Source: the human T2T-CHM13v2.0 reference genome, Homo sapiens
DNA length: 64,000 bases
Strand: one strand, 5' to 3'
Assembly (NCBI RefSeq): GCF_009914755.1
Contig: NC_060929.1
Shown: piece by piece, positions 28,343 through 39,536 of the stretch
How positions within the stretch are numbered: the first letter of the stretch is position 1
Layout of the letters: each line of letters begins with the position of its first letter
Notes under the pieces: generated by a model
The model's database searches: none
What the model saw: the letters and a program-made list of their open reading frames with translations, nothing else
What the model was told of the DNA's origin: nothing
Translations under genes and position numbers: made by a program

Positions 28343-28785
28343 TGTTGTGAATTAAATATGACCACACATTCTTTGCAATTCCTCCTACCAAGAAGTAGAG
28401 TTTATTTTCTCTCCTCTTGGCACTGGGCACGTCCTATGGCTTCATTTGAATAATAGAATGTGGCTGAAGAGATGCCATGTGTCTTTTGAGGCTAAACATT
28501 AGGACATCTAGGGTTTTAATTTTCATATCTTGGAATGCATTTTCCTGGAACTCATGAATTACCAGATGCTTTGCAAACTGCCTCCACTGAGCTCATAGCC
28601 AAAGCCAATCACAAAATGCCAGTATTCTGGCTCTCCAGCCATCCCAGTGCCCCAGTAAACATCAATCAATGAAACAGGTGAAGCAGCTATATGGTATTTT
28701 TAAAGAATCATGAAAAAAGTACACTGTGCTTGTTTTGAACCACTGAATTTTGGAGTATTTTGTTATATGGCATTAGACAACTGAG
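28343..28785 (+). mobile_element. MLT1-family MaLR LTR
   Basis: Ends gccactgaattttggagtattttgttatatggcattagacaactga-like. Boundaries approximate. Confidence 0.6.
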
Positions 28786-30398
28786 AGGTCCAGGTTGCAA
28801 ATGATCTCACTGGGTTGAGTTCAGATCTAAATAGAATGTGTTGACTGTGACTAATAACCTGTAAAATAGATTTTTTTCTTATTTGATTTTGATGGCACAT
28901 TTTCATAGTAACATATTTTTTCAGCCATATTTTCATAACCTGTGATATTTGAAATGATTTGAGACCAGAGCTGTTGTTGCTTATCTTGACTTAAAAAGAA
29001 AGACCACTGAAATAGAGCCTGTGACTTTTTCCCCAGTTCCTCAGTTTTTTCTGACAGCCAAAAAATAAATCCTGAATTTTTCTAGACTTGATGGAATGAC
29101 AAACATGATTTCATTAATACAATACTTAACTGTAAACCAAGGGTTTGCACATACATCATCTCACTTAATCCACACAAACGTATATGGCAGCATTAATAAC
29201 CCTTTAACACACACTGAAGTATTTGTGAGTGATAGGACATTGGCTAGCAATTTACTCTCCAATGGTTCTGAAAAAAAGAGTTCTATGTACTGTATTCAAA
29301 TCTTTTCTGTAAGTTTGAAATTGTCTCAAATTTAAAATCTTATACCAAAAAAAATCTTATAATTTGTTCACTGGATGCAGTGATTATCCATTCTCCTACT
29401 TCTATTCTGTGTACAAGCTAAAGAAAGGTAAAATTCTTCAAAGAGAAATTACAAATAAAACTCCCCAAACATCACTCAAAATTAAAGTGTTGAGAAGTAG
29501 TTCATGAGCTTGGTGATTGTGGCTGCTCTGACTGAGGTTATAATTATGAAGCTGGATAGCTAAAAGTAAAGATAGAGAGGGGATAATAATAATAATAGTG
29601 TAACGTATCTTGAGTGTTCATTCCCAGGTACTAATTTTTGTAAGCATTTTGCATATGTTAACTTATTACTTATAACACCCTTAGAAGGAAGGAAGTTTGT
29701 TAGCCCAACTATAAAATAGTTGGTAAAACTGAGGCCCAGCAAGGTAAATAACTTCCCCATTGGAAAAGCTGTGCCATGAATACAGACAGGCTGGCTTCAG
29801 GACCTGTGCTCTTTGTCACTAAACAAAGAACAAGGGCACTGAAAGCACAAAAGAGCAGCCTCAACCCTAGAAAGATGTGGAGAAGCTGGAGACAGTGTTT
29901 AGCAAACATCAAGCTTGTCAGGAGCCCACACACCTCAGTAAAAAGGCCTCCTCCACCCTGTACTACCAAAAGAATCATAGCGCATGTTGTTAAATCAAAC
30001 TAAATATGGCCTGAGAAAGCCTCCATACTTCCATATTTGAATCCTTGTGGATGAACTATAACCACCTTAGTAGGTAGACAAGACTGAAGTATGCTTCTGT
30101 AACAATAGGTGAGTCTCAGCCAATCCCAGAAGCTATACTTAACCACTCATATGCCGCTGACTGTTCAAACTATGCTCAAATAAGACATGCACCAAGCTGT
30201 AACCAATCCATCTGTTTCTGTACCTCACCTCTGTTTTTTTATACATCACTTTCCTTTTATTGTTCTGACCGTGAGGCATCCCTGGAGTCACTCTGAATCT
30301 GCTGTGATTCTGGAGGCTGCCCAATTTTTTTCTTTTTTTTTCCCTTGCTCAATTAAACTGTTAAATTTAATTTGTCTAAAGTTTTCTTTTAACAGATC

Positions 30399-30415
30399 TG
30401 GTGTCAGAGTGGGAT
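30399..30415 (+). other. Primer-binding site complementary to tRNA-Leu
   Basis: TGGTGTCAGAGTGGGAT versus expected TGGTGTCAGAAGTGGGAT (1-nt deletion), just after the 5' LTR. Confidence 0.8.
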
Positions 30416-30690
30416 TAAAAGTAAAACTCCAGCAACCCCCAGGAACACCAGGTGACCAGGTGAGGTACCTGAGGAGACTATTGTGCTCACTGCTCTCTTG
30501 ATTGTAGCTGGAGGTCATGGGTGAGTTTGCTCTCAGATTCCGAGCTCCACCAACTTGTGTTCTGAGCTCTATGTGTTTATTTGAGCAATAGTTAGGCTGG
30601 ACTGAGTCCAGGATTGAATTGGATTTGATAATTAACTGAACTGGATTCAGTTAGAGGTCTCAGGCCTCAGGAAGGTACTTTATTTTTAAA

Positions 30691-32470
30691 ATGGGATCTT
30701 TTGAATCCAAAGAGTCTGGGACTCCACCTTCCAGGACTCCATGTAAATTTTATGTATAAAAATTATGGACCCAGAACATGTGCATTTTTAGAAAAATGGG
30801 TTAACCGCACTAGAGAAAACTTAGAATTAAGATGGCCACAATGGGGAAGTTTTAATTTGGATAAAATTATTTGTGAGGCACATTAGAAAAGGGGGGATCA
30901 AAAGCCCCATGAAAACAGTGGGACGTATTCTTTCATTGGTATGCAGAGGCCTCTAAAAGACCACATGAATCAAACATTGCTTCCTTAAAAGATTCTTTGC
31001 AAAAAACAAATGAAAAGCTTAAGCAAAAGACCAAGAATGTGATAAAAGAGGACTGTACTCTGACTGAACTAACCTCAACTATTCCTTCTCTTTATGTATC
31101 TCTACCTACATAGTCTGAGTCCACTAACCTTTTTGGTAAATTACCCTTTCGCCCTGACGATGATGAAAAAAAAAGAAATCAGACAGATGTCTTACAAAGT
31201 GAGACCTTCTGACCAGCTGGGCCTGCCTGCTGTAACTACTTTCACTCCATGGTCCAAAACTAAGCTTAGAGCCATTGTGAAGTACTTTCTTGATCCAAGT
31301 GAAAATCCTCAAAACTTTACTGAGGAATTTAGAATCCTCATACAAGCTTACAATCCAGGACTTCCTGACCTTTATCAATTTATTCACATGATGTTGGGGC
31401 CTGGTGAAGCTTGGGAATGGATGGCAGCAGCAGACTGGGACAAACCTGAGGCGGATGTTAAAGACCCCTCCAAAAGTTCTTCATGAGAAGGACAAAAAGT
31501 AGCTCTAAAAATTGGTAAATACCCTTTAAATTTAATTCCTAAAATTTGTCCACAAAAAACTGATTGGCCCATCATACAATCTTGTAAACAGAAAAAGGAT
31601 GAACCAGTTTCAGATTACAGAACTCGCTTAGAAACACTGTGAAACATGTAGGGCTCAAAGTATAGCAAGGAGTATTTCCTGCAGGGACTGAAACAGCGTT
31701 AACTGCTCTGTTCATACATGGACTCCATCCTGAACTTAACAGTTTGATTAGAACACATAAACTGGAATAGGAAGTTACAGGAATGACTGAATTGGTGGTC
31801 TTAACTGAACATTTGGAGATGACTCTAGAGGAAGGAAAAACTCAAAAGGCTAACAAACTTATGACCCTTCAACTACAATAGTTACAGGGGCTGGGAGCAA
31901 AAGTATGGAAGGGACCTTCTCATTCTCATTTTAAATCACAACCAAAAGGACCTAGAACAAGAAGTTCTTTACCGCAAGATGTCTGCCTTCATTGCAGACA
32001 ATCAAGACACTTGAAAAGAGATTGTCTGCTTTTATTTCAGTATGCCAATAAGCCTCCCTTTAGGCCGACTGTTTCCACCCTAAAAAGAACCCAAGAGACC
32101 TCAGCCCTTCTGATAAAAATCAACATTGATGAGGCTCCAAGGGATTCTCTGGTAAATTTCTCCCTATAATACCTTTAAATAAACATGGAGAAACAAAGGT
32201 TAAAATAAATGGGGAGTCATGTACAGTCATGGTGGATACCAGAGCTACCCTATCTACCGTAAACTCCACTTCAATAAGCCAACAAATCCCTTGGAGTAAA
32301 AAGGTCATTCCTGTGGTGGGGGTTTCAAATCAAGTACAAGAGGATCTCTTATCTGAATCCATCCAATTAACTTTGGGGCCTTTTCATAATAACAAACTTT
32401 TTACTATGTGATACTGCTCCAGTAAATTGGCTAGGGCGAGATTTACTTTCAAAACTAAAAGGGCACATGC
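30691..32470 (+). pseudogene. Degenerate gammaretroviral gag-pro
   Basis: ATGGGA (MG) start, WPQWGSFN matrix motif, capsid-like ORF 31094-31486, zinc knuckle CLHCRQSRHLKRDC (31984-32025), protease VDTRAT and LGRDLL. Many stops. Confidence 0.85.
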
Positions 32471-34364
32471 AATTTTCCTTGCTCCTTTCAAATAGCTTCT
32501 CCTGAAAATTCTCATGATAGTACTTATAATCAGAGGCCAAGGGTTTTAATCTTTATATTTTTTCTAGAGGCTTTCCAAGTTATTATGGCTTGTATTACCA
32601 GGGTAACAGTAAAAATGAGATCCTCTTTAAATCAGGCCACTTTACGGAGCGCTATGATCCTTAACTGTTCTCACTCTCTGAGCAAGGACTATGACCAATT
32701 TGACCCTAAGACTGTCGAACTGCTTATATTGTCTGAACCTTCAGTTGGTTAATTTGGTTCAGTTCATTTTCACAAGAACTCCTGTTAAGAAGTATACCTT
32801 GGTATTTTGGTATAATCCTCTTTATAGTCCTAATAATAGTCCCCTTGGTGCACTGTATCTCTCAAGTCCTAAATGTCTTGTACGTGGCTATCCATTGAGA
32901 GTTAAATGGTCTCACTCCAACTGTGTCAGCAACAACATAAACATTCAGCTGGTACAAAGCTGCGACTTGTGAATTTCCTACTGACATTAAAGAAGACTTG
33001 TGAATTCCGTAATGAGACTGAAGAAGTCTTTCATGATGGTGACAGAGAATGGTGTCAATTCCTAAAGTTTGGTCAATCTCTCTAAATGGAGAGACTGACC
33101 AAAAATGGGGAATTGTTAAATCGAACTAAATATGGCCTGAGAAAGCCTCTGTAACTCCATTTTTGAGTCCTTGTGGATGAACTGTATCCTACCTTAGTGG
33201 GTAGATAAGATTGAAAACCTAACTTAGGAATATGCTTCTATAGCAACAGCTGAGTCTCAGCCCATCCCATCAGCCATACTTCAACCACTCATATGCTGCT
33301 GACTGTTCAAACTGTGTTCAAATAAGGCAGACACTAAGCTGTAACCAATCCAGCTGTTTCTGAACCTCACTTCTGTTTTCTCTACGCCACTTTCCCTTTT
33401 TTTGTCTATAAATTTGCTGTGATCACGAGGTATCCCTGGGGTCATTCTGCATCTGCTGTGATTCTGGAGGCTGTCCAATTCATTAACCTTTTTTTTCCTT
33501 GCTCTATTAAACTCTTTTGAATTTAATTTGTCTCAAGTTTTCTTTTAACAATGTAAACATTTAGCAATGGGGAAATGATTTGTAGCCAAGACACTAATCC
33601 TGGACCTATAACTTGGCAAAGTAAAACACAAACTTTTGTTCTTCTTTGATTTGCACCCACATGATGGATGTGCAGTCTGGCATTTTTTTTGGAAGGGTGT
33701 GGAGCTTACATATACAAGACATTAGGGCCAAGGTCAAAGCCTGACTGATTACACTGGTAAAGATGCAAGAAGACACTTTTAGATTTAGCGTTTATTACTT
33801 AGATAGATATCAAAAGAGTAAACCAAAAGTGCCAAACCCCTCTCATTCATATTCCACACATCAGAAAAGACCACACCCAAACAAAAGGGCCCAATAACTG
33901 CACTGGGAACTGCTGCTGCTGAGGAGCGAACGGTAGACTTCAGCTAAAAGGTTTTGGATCAGTAGTGGGTGGGGCCAGAGTCTTCCCGGACACTGAAAAA
34001 TCTTCCTGTCTTGTCTTACACTAATCTGCTTTATAATCCCCATGAGCAGATACTCCTGCTTGAGAATTCATATTTATTCCCAGTGATCAAGTCATTCCAG
34101 ATCAAGGACAAAGCTTATCAGTCAATCAGAGTTTAGGGTTCTGGAGCCAGACCCTCGCATCTAACTCATCTTACACACTCTTGGCTTGTCTGATTGTAAA
34201 CTAAACATTGTTCGATATCTGTCATGGGCAGATGCTATGCATGAAGAGTGGTGGGCATAGAAAAGTGAAAGACACTGTCCCATGCAGCTTTCTTGGCATA
34301 CCTTATTGTCTCTGTTTGTTTTCTAAAATAAGCCTTTGTGAATTCTAATGTTATTTCTCATCAA

Positions 34365-37300
34365 ACAAACTTGACAGTAGTTCCAAATAGCCAGAAAATG
34401 GCACTTTGAATTTTTCCATCCTGCAAGATCTAAATAATTCTTATAATAAAATAGGCAAATGGTCTGAGGTGCCTGACATCCAGGCATTCTTTTACAAATC
34501 AGTCCCTTCCTAGTCTCTGTGCCCAGTGCAACTCGTCCCAAGTCTTCCTTCTTTCCCTCCCGCCTGTCCCCTCAGTACCATCCCAAGCGTTGCTGAGTCT
34601 TTCTAATCTTCCTTTTCTACAGACCCATCTAACCTGTCCCTTCCTCCCCAGGCTGCTCCTTGCCAGGCCGAGCTAGGTCCCAATTCTTCCTCAGCCTCCG
34701 CTCCTCCACCCTATAATCTTTTTATCGCCTCCCCTCCTCACGCCTGGTCTACCTTACAGTTTCCTTCTGTGACTGGCCCTCCCCGACCTGCCCAGCAATT
34801 TACTCTTAAAAAGGTGGCTGGAGCTAAAGGCATAGTCAAAGTTAATGCTCCTTTTTCTTTATCCCAAATCAGATAGCGTTTAGGCTCTTTGTCATCAAAT
34901 ATAAAAACCCAGCCCAGTTCATGACTTGTTTGGCAGCAACCCTGAGACGCTTTACAGCCCTAGAACCTAAAAGGTCAAAAGGCCGTCTTATTCTCAAAAT
35001 ACATTTTATTACCCAATCTGCTCCCGACATTAAATAAAACTCCAAAAATTAAATTCCGGCCCTCAAACCCCACAACAGGATTTAATTAACCTCGCCTTCA
35101 AGGTGTACAATAATAGAAAAAAGTTGCAATTCCTTGCCTCCACTGTGAGACAAACCCCAGCCACATCTCCAGCACACAAGAACTTCCAAACACCTGAACC
35201 GCAGCCGCCAGGTGTTCCTCCAGAACCTCCTCCCAGAGGAGCTTGCTACACGTGCCGGAAATCTGGCCACTGGGCCAAGGAATGCCCGCAGCCTGGGATT
35301 CCTCCTAAGCTTCGTCCCATCTGTGTGGGACCCCACTGAAAATCGGACTGTTCAACTCACCTGACACCCACTCCCAGAGCCCCTGGAACTCTGGCCCAAG
35401 GCTCTCTGACTGATTCCTTCCCAGATCTTCTCGGCTTAGTGGCTGAAGACTGACACTGCCCGATCACCTCGGAAGCCCCCTAGACCATCACGGACGCCGA
35501 GCTTCGGGTAACTCTCACAGTGGAAGGTAAGCCCGTCCCCTTCTTAATCAATACGGAGGCTACCCACTCCACATTACCTTCTTTTCAAGGGCCTGTTTCC
35601 CTTGCCTCCATAACTGTTGTAGGTATTGACAGCCAGGCTTCTAAACCTCTTAAAATTCCCCAACTCTGGTGCCAACTTAGACAATACTCTTTAAAGCACC
35701 CCTTTTTAGTTATCCCCACCTGCCCAGTTCCCTTATTAGGCTGAGACACTTTAACTAAATTATGCACTTCTGTGACTATTCCTGGACTACAGCTATATCT
35801 CATTGCCGCTCTTCTTCCCAAAGAAGGCTCTTCCCAAAGCCTCTTTTGCCTCTTCCTCTTGTATCCCCCCACCTTAACCCACAAGTATAAGATACCTCTA
35901 CTCCCTCCTTGGCGACCGATCATGCACCACTTACCATCTCATTAAAACCTAATCACCTTTACCCCACTCAACGCCAATATCCCATCCCGCAGCACACTTT
36001 AAAAAGATTAAAGCCTGTTATCACTCGCCTGCTAGAGCATGGCCTTTTAAAACCTATAAACTCTCCTTACAATTCCCCCATTTTACCTGTCCTAAAACCA
36101 GACAAGTCTTACAATTTAGTTCAGGATCTGCGCCTTATCAACCAAATTGTTTTGCCTATCCACCCCATGGTGCCAAACCCATATACTCTCCTATCCTCAA
36201 TACCTGCCTCTACAACCCATTATTCTGTTCTAGATCTCAAACATGCTTTCTTTACTATTCCGTTGCACCCTTAATCCCAGCCTCTCTTCGCTTTCACTTG
36301 GACTGACCCTGACACCCATCAAGTTCAGCAATACCTAGGCTGTACTGCCGCAAAGCTTCACAGACAGCCCCCATTACTTCAATCAAGCCCAAATTTCTTC
36401 CTCATCTGTTACCTATCTCGGCATAATTCTCATAAAAACACACGTGCTCTCCCTGCCAATCGTGTCCAACTGATCTCTCAAACCCAAGCACCTTCTACAA
36501 AACAACAACTCCTTTCCTTCCTAGGCATGGTTAGCGCGGTCAGAATTCTTACACAACAGCCAGGACCACACCCTGTAGCCTTTCTGTCCAAACAACTTGA
36601 CCTTACTGTTTTAGCCTAGCCCTCATGACTGCGTGCAGCGGCTGCCGCTGCTTTAATATTTTTAGAGGCCCTCGAAATCACAAATTGTGCTCAACTCACT
36701 CTCTACAGTTCTCATAACTTCCAAAATCTATTTTCTTCCTCATACCTGATGCATATACTTTCTGCTTCCCGGCTCCTTCAGCTATACTCACTCTTTGTTG
36801 AGTCTCCCACAATTACCATTGTTCCTGGCCCAGACTTCAATCTGGCCTCCCACATTATTCCTGATACCACACCTGACCCCCATGACTGTATCTCTCTGAT
36901 CCACCTGACAATCACATTTCCCCAAATTTCCTTCTTTCCTGTTCCTTACCCTGATCACGCTTGATTTATTGATGGCGGTTCCACCAGGCCTAATCGCCAC
37001 ACACCAGCAAAGGCAGGTTATGCTATAGTACAAGGCACTAGCCCGCCTCTTAGAACCTCTCATTTCCTTTCCATCATGGAAATCTATCCTCAAGGAAATT
37101 ACTTCTCAGTGTTCCATCTGCTATTCTACTACTCCTCAGGGATTATTCAAGCCCCCTCCCTTCCCTACACATCAAGCTCCAGGATTTGCCCCACCCAGGA
37201 CTGGCAAATTAGCTTTACTCAACATGCCCTGAGTCAGATAACTAAAATACCTCTTAGTCTAGGTAGACACTTTCACTGGATAGGTACAGGCCTTTCCTAC

Positions 37301-38742
37301 AGGGTCTGAGAAGGCCACCGCAGTCATTTCTTCCTTTCTGTTAGAGACATAATTCCTCAGTTTAGCCTTCCCACATCAATACAGTCTGGTAACAGTTGAG
37401 CCTTTATTAGTCAAATCAGCCAAGCAGTTTTTCAGGCTCTTAGTATTCAGTGAAACCTTTATATCCCTTATGGTCCTCCATCTTCAAGAAAAGTAGAATG
37501 GACCAAAGGTCTTTAAAAAACACACCTCACCAAGCTCAGCCACCAACTTAAAAAGAACTGGACAATACTTCTACCACCTTCTCTTCTCAGAATTCAGGCC
37601 TGTCCTCAGAATGCTACAGGATACAGCGCATTTAAGCTCCTGTATAGATGCTCCTTTTTATTAGGCCCCAGTCTTATTCCAGACACCAGACCAACTTAGA
37701 CTGTGCCCCCCAAAAAACTTGTCATCCTTACTATCTTCTGTCTAGTCATACTCCTATTCACCGTTCTCAACTACTCATACATGCCCTGCTCTTGTTTACA
37801 CTGCCGGTTTCCACTGTTTTTCCAAGCCATCCCAGCTGATATCTCCTTGAGATATCCCCAAACTGCCACTCTTAACTCTTGAAGTAAATAAATAATCTTT
37901 ACTGGCAAGACTATGCTGAATCTCCTTAGGCACTCTCTAATCAGATATCCTGAGTCATCCCAATTCTTAGACCTTTTATACCTGTTTTTCTCCTTCTGTT
38001 ATTCCATTTCGTTTCTCAATTCATCCAAAACCGTATCCAGGCCATCACCAATCATTATATACGACAAATATTTCTTCTAACATCCCCACAATATCACCCC
38101 TTACCACAAGACCTCCTTTCAGCTTAATCTCTCCCACTCTAGGTTCCCACGCCGCCCCTAATCCCGCTTGAAGCAGCCCTGAGAAACATCGCCCATTCTC
38201 TCTGCATACCACCCCCCAAAAATTTACACCGCCCCAACACTTCAACACTATTTTGTTTTATTTTTATTATTAATATAAGAAGGCAGGAATGTCAGGCCTC
38301 TGAGCCCAAGCCAAGTCATCGTATCCCCTGTGACTTGCACGTATACGCCCAGATGGCCTGAAGTAACTGAAGAATCACAAAAGAAGTGAATATGCCCTGC
38401 CCCACCTTAACTGATGACATTCCACCACAAAAGAAGTGTAAATGGCTGGTCCTTGCCTTAAGTGATGACATTACCTTGTGAAAGTCCTTCTCTTGGCTCA
38501 TCCTGGCTCAAAAAGCACCCCCACTGAGCACCTTGCGACCCCCACTCCTGCCCGCCAGAGAACAAACTCCCTTTGACTGTAATTTTCCTTTACCTACCCA
38601 AATCCTATAAAATGGCCCCACCCCTATCTCCCTTCGCTGACTCTCTTTTCGGACTCAGCCCGCCTGCACCCAGGTGAAATAAACAGCCATGTTGCTCACA
38701 CAAAGCCTGTTTGGTGGTCTCTTCACAGGGACGTGCATGAAA
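34365..38742 (+). mobile_element. 5'-truncated HERV-H (gag to pol/env remnants) with 3' LTR7 at 38290-38742
   Basis: Zinc knuckle CYTCRKSGHWAKEC, protease-like LINTEATHS, RT motifs YNSPILPV, LVQDLR and VLDLKHAFF, PPT aagaaggcaggaa then TGTCAGGCCTCTGAG...GCATGAAA. No 5' LTR or PBS found. Confidence 0.95.
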
Positions 38743-39290
38743 AAAAGCTTTTCACATAACTCTTGACCCATTGAAAAGAAGAAAAAAAAACCCAACTTAA
38801 AGTGCAGGGCTGTGTTAACTGCTGACAGGGTTGAGAAAAGGAAAAAAAAAAAAAAAAAAAAAAACCCTCAAAGTGCGGGGTTGGAAAGATGCCTGAGGGA
38901 AGAAGCTCTTATTCTTATGCAAATGGTTTCTCCAAGAGGGAGAGAAACTTAATTGCTGTTTGTTCCCTGGGGTTCGCATGGAGCTGGATCCCTCAGCCAG
39001 GAGAGGGGAAGACACTGTGGATGTGTGGCTAGGAACACTGGCCAGCCTGCCACATGTGGCCTTTGGGCCATGAGCCCCAGTCTCTTCCGGGAGGGGAGTG
39101 GGGCAGAGAGCTGCTGCTCACCTGTTCATTCCAAACAAATCAGGAAAATGTCATAGAAAGCCTGGCTTGGACTGAGGCTGATATCCCCAACCACCAAGAG
39201 TGATGGCGGGATGGGGGACAGTTTCCTTTACCCTCAGAAGAAGCCTGAGGGAAGAAAGACTCTGAAACAAAAGGGAAACAACACCCCTAC
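38743..39290 (-). mobile_element. Probable ERV1 internal (leader-like) fragment between the two HERV-H elements
   Basis: Resembles MER4-group/HUERS internal leader in antisense. Contains octamer ATGCAAAT at 38917-38924. Family uncertain. Confidence 0.5.
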
Positions 39291-39536
39291 TTCCCCTTCT
39301 TGCCTGGGGGCTAGAATGTCTTTCTAGGACTAACATTAGCCAAAAGATTAGAAATTATGATTTAGCAGTCATGTACCTGGAAGTTACAAGATTCTGACTC
39401 TCCCCAAATTGCCCCTGGGGATAACATCACTATTGTAAAACCTGAGATCAGTGCTTGAGATATTTTGCAGACTCTGCACTTGATGGATCAGTTGGCACCA
39501 CCCACATGGATAAACTGGCTCATCTGATCTTGTAGC

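Larger units (their letters stand above)
29988..33550 (+). mobile_element. Internally deleted MER57-type (ERV1) provirus. LTRs 29988-30394 and 33114-33550, with gag, pro and env-3' remnants.
   Basis: Paired TGTTAAA...TTTTAACA LTRs, 4-bp TSD ATGT (29984-29987, 33551-33554), PBS 30399-30415, PPT 33101-33113. Confidence 0.9.

Noticed and set aside
30139-33478. Paired ORFs 30139-30324 and 33281-33478
   Set aside because: Antisense readings of the two MER57-type LTRs.
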